In this document: piece after piece, positions 48,736 through 58,238 of the stretch
How the letters are laid out: each line of letters opens with the position of its first letter
Numbering within the stretch: the stretch's first letter is position 1
Assembly: GCA_037445735.1 (NCBI GenBank)
Contig: JBBIJY010000006.1
Location: 45,759 to 109,758 of the forward strand
Source: Armatimonadota bacterium
GTDB taxonomy: Bacteria > Armatimonadota > Fimbriimonadia > Fimbriimonadales > GBS-DC
Direction: 5' to 3'
Length of the DNA stretch: 64,000 nucleotides
The notes under the pieces: model-generated
Seen by the model: only the letters and a program-made list of their open reading frames with translations
What the model was told of the DNA's origin: nothing
Databases searched by the model: none
Position numbers and translations under genes: made by a program

Positions 48736-49449
48736 ATGGGCGCACGCGAACGGCGGTTGCCTGTAGCGGAGATATTCGGTCCGACGGTGCAGGGCGAGGG
48801 GCTGCTAACAGGTTGTTTGAGCCTGTTCATTCGCTTCGGGGGCTGCGACTATCGGTGCGACTGGTGCGACACGCTCTACGCCGTGCTGCCGACCTATCGC
48901 GAGGAATGGCGCTGGCTCACCGAATCGGAGATTCTGGCGGCGGTGCAGCAGCTGGCGCCGCCTCCCATTCTCATCACGCTTACGGGCGGCAACCCCGCCA
49001 TCCATCCGCTAAAGCGACTGGTGGAACAGCTGCGGGCGGAGGGCTATATGCTGGCGTGCGAAACGCAGGGTTCCATCGCCCGCGAATGGTTCCGCCAGCT
49101 GAATGTGCTGGTGCTGTCGCCCAAACCGCCCAGCGCGGGTGAAAGCACGCCTGTCGAGGCGGTTCGCGCCTGCCTGCAATATGCGCCCGATGAAACCCAT
49201 CTCAAAATCGTGGTGTTCAATCGGGAGGACTATCTCTACGCGCGGGCGATGTTCGAGGCGTTCCCGCAGTTGCCCGCCGTGCTGCAGATTGGCACGCCAA
49301 CCGACCTGCAGACGCCCGACGAACTGGTTCAGCACTATCGGGCGATGACGGCATCCCTGCTCCAGTGGTTGCACGAGGACAGGCTCTATCGCGTGCGCCT
49401 GCTGCTGCAGGTACATCGTGTCCTGTTCGAAGCGACACGCGGGGTCTGA
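48736..49449 (+). CDS. queE: 7-carboxy-7-deazaguanine synthase (radical SAM)
   Basis: EIFGPTVQGEG, GCDYRCDWCDT, TGGNP, ETQG, SPKPPS. Confidence 0.92.
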   Translation: MGARERRLPVAEIFGPTVQGEGLLTGCLSLFIRFGGCDYRCDWCDTLYAVLPTYREEWRWLTESEILAAVQQLAPPPILITLTGGNPAIHPLKRLVEQLRAEGYMLACETQGSIAREWFRQLNVLVLSPKPPSAGESTPVEAVRACLQYAPDETHLKIVVFNREDYLYARAMFEAFPQLPAVLQIGTPTDLQTPDELVQHYRAMTASLLQWLHEDRLYRVRLLLQVHRVLFEATRGV

Positions 49450-49497
49450 ATCAGCTACCTGGTAGAAACGAGGGAAGGTTTAAACCGCAGAGGCTGA

Positions 49498-49847
49498 CTA
49501 ATCCTCGAAAGTAGCGTTTTCGTCTACTTCCACATACAGAACTTCACCGGGTTGCAGGGTTCCCAATCGGGCTTCAATATGCGGGACCGCCAAAGCTAAA
49601 GTGGAAAGGCGATTGTTGCGCGCCCGGATCACAACGACTGATAGCGAGTATCGGGATAGATTTTGCTGTTGTGGCAATCGCTTGTCTACCGTGATTAGCA
49701 CATCGAACGCCTGCGATGCAAGCTGTAGCAACTCGCTGTTGCGCACACCCTGCCAGCCATCTCGTGAACGGTGCGCACCATATATTCAGGGCTGAAGAAG
49801 CGCCTGAGCCGCCAATCCACGCACTCATCCAGCAGGAGACGCTTCAT
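49498..49847 (-). pseudogene. DUF5615/VapC45 PIN-like toxin, frameshifted near 49757
   Basis: MKRLLLDECV...TVHEM continues as WQGVRNSELL...LITVDK..QQNL only if one G is added (ATG GGC TGG). Confidence 0.8.
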
Positions 49848-50079
49848 CAAGTATTTCCTTCAGGCGCTGGGCAACCCACTGCAGCACGCCCACTGCTTGT
49901 TCGCGCCTTACGCTGGGGAACCCCTGCAGGAACTCGTCGAGCGAGTCCCCCGCTGCCAGATATTCAAATAGTAGCGCGATGGGCACGCGCATGCCACGAA
50001 AGCATGGCTCCCCACTCACTCGGTCAGGGCTAACCCATACCAGCTCCTGTAGCGACCGAACCGAAACAGTCTTCGCCAT
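49825..50079 (-). CDS. DUF433 antitoxin
   Basis: PDRVSGEPCFRGMRVP, GDSLDEFLQGFPSV; overlaps the PIN gene start. Confidence 0.9.
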   Translation of the reverse strand: MAKTVSVRSLQELVWVSPDRVSGEPCFRGMRVPIALLFEYLAAGDSLDEFLQGFPSVRREQAVGVLQWVAQRLKEILDEASPAG

Positions 50080-50138
50080 CCCCACGATTATACCTGAAAG
50101 CTCTGTCACGCGGGGTCTGAATGGGTACACTTTCTCCG

Positions 50139-51338
50139 ATGAGCGAGCTGAATCCGCAGCGCGGGGTGAACTTCCCGAAAGGGTTTCGGAGCGCGGGCGT
50201 CTATTGCGGTATCAAGAAGCCCGGCTTGCTCGATCTGGCGCTGATTGTGTCCGATAGGGAGGCGAGCGTGGCGGGCACTTTCACGCAGAATCGGGTGCAG
50301 GCGGCGCCGGTGCGCTGGTCGCAGCGGGTGGTGGCGGGCGGGCGCGCCCGCGCGATTATCGCCAACAGCGGCAACGCCAACTGCCTCACAGGCGAGCAGG
50401 GCGAGCGCGATGCCGAACGGATGGCGACGCTCGTCGCCGAACGGCTCGGCTGCAAACCGCAACAGGTTATCGTGGCTTCCACGGGCATCATCGGCGTGCC
50501 GATGCCGATGGGCGTGATCGAGTCGGGCGTGCCGCTCGCTCTGGCGCGCCTCAGCGACGGGGACGACCGCGCCACCGCCGACGCCATCCTGACCACCGAC
50601 ACCTTCCCCAAGCGCGTGAGCCTGGAGCTGGAGACGCCCGATGGCACGCTCCGCATCGGCGCAATTGCCAAAGGCGCGGGCATGATCGCGCCAAATATGG
50701 CGACCATGCTCGCCTTCCTCACCACCGACGCCGCCCTCGACGCGCCCACGCTCCAGACCATCCTCCAAACGGTGGTGGATCAGACCTTCAACTGCATCAC
50801 AGTGGACGGCGACACCAGCACGAACGATATGGTGATTGTGCTGGCGAACGGTGCATCAAGCGTGCGGCTGACCGAACGCTCGCTGGACGCTTTTCAGCAG
50901 GGGCTGTATCGCGTGTGTGAGTATCTGGCGAAGCGCATCGTGCGCGACGGCGAAGGCGCCACCCGAATCTTTGAGGTGCGCGTGGAGGGCGCCGCAACGG
51001 AGGCGGATGCTCGCGCCGTCGCCCGCACGGTTGCCGAATCGCTGCTGGTCAAAACGGCGATTCACGGGGGCGACCCGAACTGGGGACGCATCATGGCAGC
51101 GGCAGGGCGCAGTGGTGTGCCCATCGAGCCGCGCCAGATGCGTTTGAGCCTGCAGGGCGTGACGGTGTTTGAAAACGGTCGCCCCGTGCCGTTCGACGAA
51201 GAATCGCTCGCCCAGAAACTGCAGGAAGAGGAAATCTTCATTCGCCTGTGGCTGGGACAGGGCGATTCGAACGCCACCTTCTGGTCCAGCGACCTTACCG
51301 CCGAGTATATCAACATCAACTCGGCGTATCGAACCTGA
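50139..51338 (+). CDS. argJ: Ornithine acetyltransferase / N-acetylglutamate synthase
   Basis: NSGNAN, STGIIG, KGAGMIAPNMATML, DGDTSTND, DGEGA. Confidence 0.96.
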   Translation: MSELNPQRGVNFPKGFRSAGVYCGIKKPGLLDLALIVSDREASVAGTFTQNRVQAAPVRWSQRVVAGGRARAIIANSGNANCLTGEQGERDAERMATLVAERLGCKPQQVIVASTGIIGVPMPMGVIESGVPLALARLSDGDDRATADAILTTDTFPKRVSLELETPDGTLRIGAIAKGAGMIAPNMATMLAFLTTDAALDAPTLQTILQTVVDQTFNCITVDGDTSTNDMVIVLANGASSVRLTERSLDAFQQGLYRVCEYLAKRIVRDGEGATRIFEVRVEGAATEADARAVARTVAESLLVKTAIHGGDPNWGRIMAAAGRSGVPIEPRQMRLSLQGVTVFENGRPVPFDEESLAQKLQEEEIFIRLWLGQGDSNATFWSSDLTAEYININSAYRT

Positions 51339-51375
51339 GGGGGTATAATCGGCACTGGATGGAGGCATCGCCAGC

Positions 51376-52581
51376 GTGCTATCGGAGCGTATCAGTCAGG
51401 TTCAGCCGTCACCCACGCTCGCGCTGACCGCGCGGGCGCAGCAGCTGCGTCAGCAGGGCATCGATGTGCTGGCGTTCACGGCGGGCGAACCCGATCTGGA
51501 CACGCCCGACTTCGCCAAAGCGGGCGGGCTGGACGCCATCCACGCAGGCTACACCAAATATACACCTTCCGCTGGCATCGCGCCCCTGCGCGAAGCCATC
51601 AGCGAGAAGTTCCAGCGCGAGAACCGCCTGCCCTACACGCCCGACCAGATTGTGGTGACCTGCGGCGCCAAGCACGCACTGTTCAGCACTCTGATGGCGC
51701 TTATCAATCCGGGCGACGAAGTGCTGATCCCCACCCCCTGCTGGGTCTCCTATCCCGAACAGGTGCGATTGATGGGCGGTGTGCCCGTGTTCATTCCGAC
51801 GGACGACAGCACCAACTTCCTGCCCACCTATGAACAGGTGCGGTCCGCCATCACGCCGCGCACGAGGGCGATTATCCTCAACACGCCGCATAACCCGACA
51901 GGGGTGGTCTATCCGCGCGCGACGCTGAAAGCCATCGCCTCACTCGCGCTCACGCACAACCTCTGGATTATCGCCGACGAGATTTACGAGGCGCTGGTGT
52001 ACGATGGATACACCCATGAGAGCATCGGGGCGCTGGGCAAAGAGGTGTTCGCCCGCACCATCACGGTGAACGGCGTGTCCAAGTCGTACGCGATGACGGG
52101 CTGGCGGATCGGCTATCTGGGTGCGCCGATGGAGGTCGCCCGCGCGGTTGCATGCCTGCAGGACCAGATGACTTCCAATCCCTGCACAATTGCGCAACAT
52201 GCCGCGCTCTACGCGCTGCGCGAGGGCAAGGGCAACGGCTGGCTGGAGAAAGTGCGCCAGCTATTCGCCGCGCGTCGACAGGTGATGGTGGAGGGTCTCT
52301 GTGCGCTCAGGGGCATCAGGTGCTTCATCCCGCGCGGCGCGTTCTATGTGTTCGCGAATGTGCAGGCGCTGCTGCCCGCTCGCGCGGGCGAGCGCGTGCT
52401 GAAGAGTGCGACCGATCTGGCGGAGTATCTGCTGGAATCGGCGCGGGTCGCCGTCGTGCCCGGCGAAGCCTTCTGTGCGCCTGGCTACCTGCGCCTCTCC
52501 TACGCCGTGTCGGACGAAGTGATCCGGGCGGGCGTCGAGCGAATCGCCAGCGCCCTCGCCGAACTCAAGCCAGCCGATTGA
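51376..52581 (+). CDS. Aspartate aminotransferase (class I/II PLP)
   Basis: GEPD, HNPTG, DEIY, SKSYAMTGWRIGY, RLSYA. Confidence 0.93.
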   Translation: MLSERISQVQPSPTLALTARAQQLRQQGIDVLAFTAGEPDLDTPDFAKAGGLDAIHAGYTKYTPSAGIAPLREAISEKFQRENRLPYTPDQIVVTCGAKHALFSTLMALINPGDEVLIPTPCWVSYPEQVRLMGGVPVFIPTDDSTNFLPTYEQVRSAITPRTRAIILNTPHNPTGVVYPRATLKAIASLALTHNLWIIADEIYEALVYDGYTHESIGALGKEVFARTITVNGVSKSYAMTGWRIGYLGAPMEVARAVACLQDQMTSNPCTIAQHAALYALREGKGNGWLEKVRQLFAARRQVMVEGLCALRGIRCFIPRGAFYVFANVQALLPARAGERVLKSATDLAEYLLESARVAVVPGEAFCAPGYLRLSYAVSDEVIRAGVERIASALAELKPAD

Positions 52582-52587
52582 GCGGGC

Positions 52588-53337
52588 TTACGGATGAAGC
52601 AGGTGTGCCAGTTGTTCCAGGGCATCGATGAGGCGGGGCGATTCGCGCAGGTAGAGGTCGGGGTTCACTTCGTACACCCGCTGGCGCTGGATGGCGGGTG
52701 TGGGGCGCCAGCGCGGGTCAGCCAGGATTGCCTGCTTTTTGGGTCCCGCCAGCACAATCACTTCGGGACGGCAGGCGAGCGCGGTCTCCAGGCTGATAGC
52801 ACGGAAGCCCTGCATGGTGCTGCCCAGCGCGTTTGTGCCGCCTGCCCGGCGGATGAGATCATCGGCGAAGGTGCCGCGTCCTGACGCCCAGAGCGGCTCC
52901 AGCCCGATCACAAACAGCACGCGCGGGCGCGCGCGTATGCGCTGAACACGCCGCTGCACGCGCTCCATGCGCGCCTTCATCTGGCGCACAAGCTGCTCCG
53001 CCCGCCGCGGCACGCCTGCTGCCCTGCCGATCTGCACAATAAATGCGAAGAGCTTCTCGAAGGTGTTCGGGTTCGCGCTCAGCACGCGCACGCCGAGCCG
53101 ACGCAACACAGGGATCACCCGGCTGTTGAGCAGTTCGTGCGCCACCACCAGGTCGGGCTTGAGCGCGAGCACCCGTTCGGGGCTGATGTTCGCGTCGCCC
53201 ACTTTGGGCTTGCGTTTCGCCTCAGGGGGATAGTCGCACAGGGCAGTGACGCCGACCACGCGCTCGCCCAGCCCCAGCGCGAACAGAATCTCCGTGATGG
53301 AAGGCGCCAGCGACACGATGCGACGCGCTTCACTCAC
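52588..53337 (-). CDS. BtuF-like cobalamin-binding protein, no signal peptide
   Basis: RIVSLAPSITEILFALG, CDYP, LKPDLV, SPRL. Confidence 0.87.
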   Translation of the reverse strand: MSEARRIVSLAPSITEILFALGLGERVVGVTALCDYPPEAKRKPKVGDANISPERVLALKPDLVVAHELLNSRVIPVLRRLGVRVLSANPNTFEKLFAFIVQIGRAAGVPRRAEQLVRQMKARMERVQRRVQRIRARPRVLFVIGLEPLWASGRGTFADDLIRRAGGTNALGSTMQGFRAISLETALACRPEVIVLAGPKKQAILADPRWRPTPAIQRQRVYEVNPDLYLRESPRLIDALEQLAHLLHP

Positions 53338-54065
53338 CGCAGAATCGCCTCCACCGCCTTCGCCTGAATCTCGAACACCTGCTGAAGCCCCTTTTGCGCC
53401 AGATCGAGCAGGCGGATCAGGCGTTCGCGCGAGAAGGGTGCGCCCTCTGCCGTGCCCTGCACCTCCACATAGCGCCCCTTATCGGTCATCACCACATTCA
53501 TATCGACGGCTGCCTGCACATCTTCCTCATAGCAGAGATCAAGCAGCTCTTCGTTGCGCACGACGCCGACACTGATGGCAGCCACCCGCTCCTGGAAAGG
53601 GAACCGCTGCAGGTAGCCTTCGTCGATCATCCAGCGGCACGCCTGCACGAACGCCACGAAGCCGCCCGTAACACAGGCGGTGCGCGTGCCACCATCCGCC
53701 TGCAGCACATCGCAATCGAGCGTGATGGTGCGCTCCCCCAGCTGGGACAGATCCACCACGGAGCGGATGGAGCGCCCGATCAGGCGCTGGATTTCCATCG
53801 TGCGTCCGCTGGGCGTGCCGCGGGCAACATCGCGCTGGCTGCGCTGTTTGCCCGCGCGGGGCAGCATCCCGTACTCCGCCGTAATCCAGCCACTGCCCGT
53901 GCCCTTCAAAAAGGGCGGCACCTTATCTTCCACCGTTGCGGTGATCAGCACGCGCGTGTTGCCCATCGTGATCAGGCATGAACCCTCCGCATAGGGGTGA
54001 AAGCCGTATTCGATCTGCAGCGGTCGTATCTCATGGGCTGCCCGCCCGTCCACTCGCTTCATCAT
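53334..54065 (-). CDS. rph: Ribonuclease PH
   Basis: GWITAEYGMLP, EIQRLIGR, QADGGTRTA, EVQGTAE. Confidence 0.96.
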   Translation of the reverse strand: MMKRVDGRAAHEIRPLQIEYGFHPYAEGSCLITMGNTRVLITATVEDKVPPFLKGTGSGWITAEYGMLPRAGKQRSQRDVARGTPSGRTMEIQRLIGRSIRSVVDLSQLGERTITLDCDVLQADGGTRTACVTGGFVAFVQACRWMIDEGYLQRFPFQERVAAISVGVVRNEELLDLCYEEDVQAAVDMNVVMTDKGRYVEVQGTAEGAPFSRERLIRLLDLAQKGLQQVFEIQAKAVEAILR

Positions 54066-54151
54066 TTCGCCCGAAGTGTACCCGATTCGGGAACCCTTCC
54101 GTTGCTCAAAATTTCGGCGGGTGTGTGGAATAAGCACGCAAGGAGTGACGG

Positions 54152-55855
54152 ATGAGACTGAGCGGCTGGCAAATTGTGCGGGGCTTGTGGAGTTACGCCT
54201 GGATGCGTCTCTGGCTTCGTTGGGCGCGATTGCCCATCGGCAAACGGCTGGCAATCAGCATCTTTATCACCAGCACCCTGCTGCTTCTGCCCTATCTGAT
54301 GATCAGCGTTCACTCCATGCGAACCGCGCTGGCGGATCAGCAGCAGCTCACCCTGCTCCAGCAGCTCAAAGCCGCTCAGGTGCTCATCGAACATGAGGGT
54401 CGGCAACTGTTGCGCACCTGCGAGGACTATGCGGTCTGGAATGAGTTTCAGCAGGCGCTGCTCCAGCGCGATTCCGCGTGGATTCACGAAAACATTCTCA
54501 ACTGGATCTTGCCGCACTTCTATCTGGACACGGTGCTGATTTTTGACAGGCAGGGTCGGTTGCTTTACCATGCGGGTCGGCGGGTATCCGCGCTGCAAAG
54601 CCCGCGCAACGCGCTCCTGCGCCGTGCACTCCATGGTTCTGGGGGGATGGGTCTGGTGCGGGCGGATGGGGCGCTCTATCAGGTTGCCTGTGCGCCCGTG
54701 CTGGGCAACAACTACGCGCCTCCGCAGGCGGGCGTGCTGATCCTGGCACGCCAGCTGGATCAGGCGCTCCTGACCCGCCTGTGGGGGCGGCTCAACAACA
54801 CGATTCAACTGATGCCGCCAGAGACCCTGCCGGGATCGGCGGATGGCTCCACACCCTTTGCGCTCACCCAGCCCGATGGCAAGCAGACGCTCGGCATCCC
54901 GCTGCATGGTGTGGACAATCGGGTGGTGGCGGTGCTGACCGTTAGCACGCCCACGATACAGGCGCGCGCGATGCAGCAGGCGATGCAGCGTGCCGCGCTC
55001 TATTTGCTGCTGGCGGGTCTGCTGCTGACCGGCATATCGACGGCAGCCGTGATTGTGATGCTGCGCCGCCATCTGAACCTCTTTTTGCGGGCAGCGAACC
55101 GATTGGCGTCGGGCATGTGGGAAACGCGCGTGCCGTACCCCGCACGCGACGAGTTCGGCGTGCTGGCACGCGCCTTCAACCATATGGCGGAACAGCTGCA
55201 AGCCGCTTTCGAGCGTCTGGACCAGCAGCGCCGCGAGATCGAAGCCCAGAAAAGCGAGCTGGAACGGCTCTATGATGAACTCCAGCAGACCAATCAGGAG
55301 CTGGCGAGCGCCAATCGTGAGCTGATTGCCATGAATGCCCTGCTCTCGCAGGCGGTCGTCACCGACAGCCTCACGGGTCTGCGCAACCATCGCGCGTTCC
55401 ATGAATCGCTGCTGAGCCTGGTGCAGATGGCGGAGCGCTCCGGTCAGCCTCTGTCGCTGATCATGCTCGATATCGACCATTTCAAGCAGTTCAACGATCG
55501 GTTCGGGCATCCTGCGGGTGACGAGCTGCTGCGTCAGGTGGCGTCGGTGTTGCAGCGGTCAGCCCGCGCGTATGATGTGGTCGCCCGTTACGGGGGCGAG
55601 GAGTTCGCCCTCCTGCTGCCCAACACCGATTTGCGGGAGGCGGTTGCTGTGGCGGAGCGGCTGCGTCAGCAGATTGCTGCAATTCAGAATCCGCATGCGA
55701 CCATCACAGCGAGCTTTGGCGTCGCCACCTATCGGCATGGTCAGGCGCCCGCCACACTGCTCTACGAAGCCGACGCCGCGCTCTATCGGGCAAAACGGCT
55801 CGGGCGCAACTGTGTCTGCGCTGCCGCGGACGACCAGCTGCAGGCGGCGGGCTAA
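54152..55855 (+). CDS. Membrane diguanylate cyclase (CHASE4-like sensor, HAMP, GGDEF)
   Basis: DYAVW, two TMs, RDEFGVLARAFN, DIDHFK, RAYD I-site, RYGGEEF. Confidence 0.92.
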   Translation: MRLSGWQIVRGLWSYAWMRLWLRWARLPIGKRLAISIFITSTLLLLPYLMISVHSMRTALADQQQLTLLQQLKAAQVLIEHEGRQLLRTCEDYAVWNEFQQALLQRDSAWIHENILNWILPHFYLDTVLIFDRQGRLLYHAGRRVSALQSPRNALLRRALHGSGGMGLVRADGALYQVACAPVLGNNYAPPQAGVLILARQLDQALLTRLWGRLNNTIQLMPPETLPGSADGSTPFALTQPDGKQTLGIPLHGVDNRVVAVLTVSTPTIQARAMQQAMQRAALYLLLAGLLLTGISTAAVIVMLRRHLNLFLRAANRLASGMWETRVPYPARDEFGVLARAFNHMAEQLQAAFERLDQQRREIEAQKSELERLYDELQQTNQELASANRELIAMNALLSQAVVTDSLTGLRNHRAFHESLLSLVQMAERSGQPLSLIMLDIDHFKQFNDRFGHPAGDELLRQVASVLQRSARAYDVVARYGGEEFALLLPNTDLREAVAVAERLRQQIAAIQNPHATITASFGVATYRHGQAPATLLYEADAALYRAKRLGRNCVCAAADDQLQAAG

Positions 55856-56274
55856 TCGAAGCGCACGCCCGCCGCGGTCAGCCGCTCCCAAATCGTTGCA
55901 GGGCAACGGGTCGGTTTGCCCTCGTGCGTGATCCATGCGTGGCGCGTCCAGCCTTCTGCCAGCAACTGGCGCGTGTCCGCGTTCAGAATCGCATACTCGA
56001 ACCGCATCAGGCTCCGCCTCAGCTCGGTCAGGCGCACACGCACCAGCACGCGCTCGCCATAGCGGGCAGGCGCCCGATAACGGCAGCAGGCTTCCACCAC
56101 CGCCAGCGGCGTGCCGCTCTGCTCTATCGCCTGATAGTCGATGCCGTACGCCCGACAGAACGCGCCCCGCGCCACCTCGAACCACACGAAGTAGTTGGCG
56201 TAGTAGACCACGCCCATCGCGTCCGTCTCGGCATACCGCACCTCAAACGGCTCCGTCTCTATCCAGGGCGTCAT
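55852..56274 (-). CDS. Acyl-CoA thioesterase (YbgC/FadM family)
   Basis: VRYAETDAMGVVYYANYFVWFE. Confidence 0.92.
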   Translation of the reverse strand: MTPWIETEPFEVRYAETDAMGVVYYANYFVWFEVARGAFCRAYGIDYQAIEQSGTPLAVVEACCRYRAPARYGERVLVRVRLTELRRSLMRFEYAILNADTRQLLAEGWTRHAWITHEGKPTRCPATIWERLTAAGVRFD

Positions 56275-56322
56275 TCGCTAAAACTCCATCCCGTTTTCAT
56301 GGCATTTCATTCGCTCATGCAT

Positions 56323-56354
56323 GCCCTGTGCCAGCGATGGCACAGGGCTTTTTT
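56323..56354 (+). terminator. Intrinsic terminator
   Basis: GCCCTGTGCCA-GCGA-TGGCACAGGGC followed by T6. Confidence 0.8.
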
Positions 56355-56355
56355 G

Positions 56356-58221
56356 TCAGCCGTTTTTGACGCCGACAGGTGTGGGCGTTTTGACCTCCGC
56401 TTTGGGCGCGTCATAGCGACGCGGGCGCGGCTTAATCAGATGCGTGTCCACCGGCTCGTACTCAACGATGGGTCCGTCAGGCGTCCATTTTGCCAGCGTG
56501 GTCTTGAGGAACTTCTCGTCGTCGCGCTGGGGGAACTCCGGCTTATAGTGGGCGCCGCGGCTCTCGTTGCGAGCCAGCGCACACGCCGTGATGCAGATTG
56601 CAAGCTCCAGCTGGTGCTGCAGCGTGCGCACGAATGGGATGACCTGATTTGTCCAGCCGAGATGGTCGCTGATGTTCACACGCCTGACCCGCTCGCGCAG
56701 CTCCTTGAGCTGTTCGAGGGTCTGCTGCAGGCGGGCATTCTCGCGAACAAGCGTTACATTTTCGTCCATCAGAGTGCGCATCTCGTCGGCGAGCTGGTAG
56801 GGGTTTTCGGAGCCTGTGCGCTGACTGATCTCGCGGAACTGCTCCTCGTGGCGGCGCTGCTCCGCCTCAAACAGGCTGGTGGGCAGATCAAACGCCGAGC
56901 GCTCCAGGCTTTTGATATATTCCACAATCGCGGGACCCGCGACCTCGCCAGCGAACAGGCAGCTCAGCAGCGAGTTCGCGCCCAGCCGATTCGCGCCGTG
57001 ATACTGATAGTCCACCTCGCCCACCGCGTACAGGCCAGGGATGTTGGTCATCTGGTTGCGCGGGTGAACAGGCTCCATCAGCCCGTCGCCATTGGTCGCG
57101 TAGTCGACCCACAGTCCGCCCATCGAGTAGTGCTGGGCGGGATAGACCCGCATGGGCACCTCGCGCGGGTCTTCGCCCACAAACTTCAGGTAAATCTCCA
57201 GAATGCCCCACAGCTTGCGCTCCACCTGCTCGCGCGGCAGATGCGTGATGTCCAGATAGACCTGGTTCCTGCCCTGGATGCCGCGCCGCTGATTGACGCA
57301 CACATCGAAGATTTCGCGTGAGGCGATATCGCGCGGCACAAGGTTGCCATAGGCGGGGTACTTCTCTTCCAGGAAGTACCAGCGGTCGCTTTCGGGAATG
57401 TCGCGCGGGTGGCGCTTATCGTAGGGGTCTCTGGGCACCCAGATGCGCCCACCCTCGCCCCGAACGCCCTCCGAGATGAGGCGACACTTGTCCTCGCCCG
57501 GGATGGCGGTCGGGTGAATCTGGATGAACTCGCCGTTCGCGTAGTACGCGCCCTGCTGATAGCAGATGCTCGCCGCGCTACCCGTGCAGATAATCGAGTT
57601 GGTGGTGTTCTTGAACAGCATGCCCGGTCCGCCGGTGGCAATCACCACCGCCTCTTCGGGGAAGGCGCGGATCTGCATCGTGCGCAGGTCCTGGGCGACC
57701 AGCCCGCGACAGAGTCCCGCATCGTCCAGAATCAGCCCGATGAACTCCCAGCCTTCGTATTTGGTGACGCGCCCTTCCACCTCCCAGCGGCGCACCTGTT
57801 CGTCCAGCGCGTAGAGCAGTTGCTGCCCCGTGGTGGAGCCGGCGAACGCCGTGCGATGGTGGCGCGTGCCGCCGAACCGGCGGAAATCGAGCAGCCCTTC
57901 AGGCGTGCGGTTGAACGGCACGCCCATCCGATCCAGCAGGTAGATAAGCGCGGGCGCACGCTCGCACATGCGCAACACGGGCGGCTGGTTCGCCAGAAAG
58001 TCGCCCCCGTAGATGGTGTCATCGAAGTGGATCCAGGGCGAATCGCCCTCGCCTTTGGTGTTCACCGCGCCGTTGATGCCGCCCTGCGCACACACCGAGT
58101 GCGAGCGCTTCACGGGCACCAGCGAAAAGAGATCCACATGCACACCCGCTTCGGCTAACTTGATGACGGTCATCAGACCGCCCAGTCCGCCACCGACCAC
58201 TGCAACCTGCTTCTTTGCCAT
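56356..58221 (-). CDS. sdhA: Succinate dehydrogenase flavoprotein subunit
   Basis: GGGLGG, RSHSVCAQGGIN, QIHPT, HGANRLGANSL, ESRGAH. Confidence 0.96.
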   Translation of the reverse strand: MAKKQVAVVGGGLGGLMTVIKLAEAGVHVDLFSLVPVKRSHSVCAQGGINGAVNTKGEGDSPWIHFDDTIYGGDFLANQPPVLRMCERAPALIYLLDRMGVPFNRTPEGLLDFRRFGGTRHHRTAFAGSTTGQQLLYALDEQVRRWEVEGRVTKYEGWEFIGLILDDAGLCRGLVAQDLRTMQIRAFPEEAVVIATGGPGMLFKNTTNSIICTGSAASICYQQGAYYANGEFIQIHPTAIPGEDKCRLISEGVRGEGGRIWVPRDPYDKRHPRDIPESDRWYFLEEKYPAYGNLVPRDIASREIFDVCVNQRRGIQGRNQVYLDITHLPREQVERKLWGILEIYLKFVGEDPREVPMRVYPAQHYSMGGLWVDYATNGDGLMEPVHPRNQMTNIPGLYAVGEVDYQYHGANRLGANSLLSCLFAGEVAGPAIVEYIKSLERSAFDLPTSLFEAEQRRHEEQFREISQRTGSENPYQLADEMRTLMDENVTLVRENARLQQTLEQLKELRERVRRVNISDHLGWTNQVIPFVRTLQHQLELAICITACALARNESRGAHYKPEFPQRDDEKFLKTTLAKWTPDGPIVEYEPVDTHLIKPRPRRYDAPKAEVKTPTPVGVKNG

Positions 58222-58238
58222 CGTCGGAGCCTCCTTCT

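Noticed and set aside
48736-49449. queE as part of a 7-deazaguanine DNA-modification (dpd) island
   Set aside because: No dpdA, queC, queD or folE nearby; an ordinary dispersed queuosine gene is more likely.
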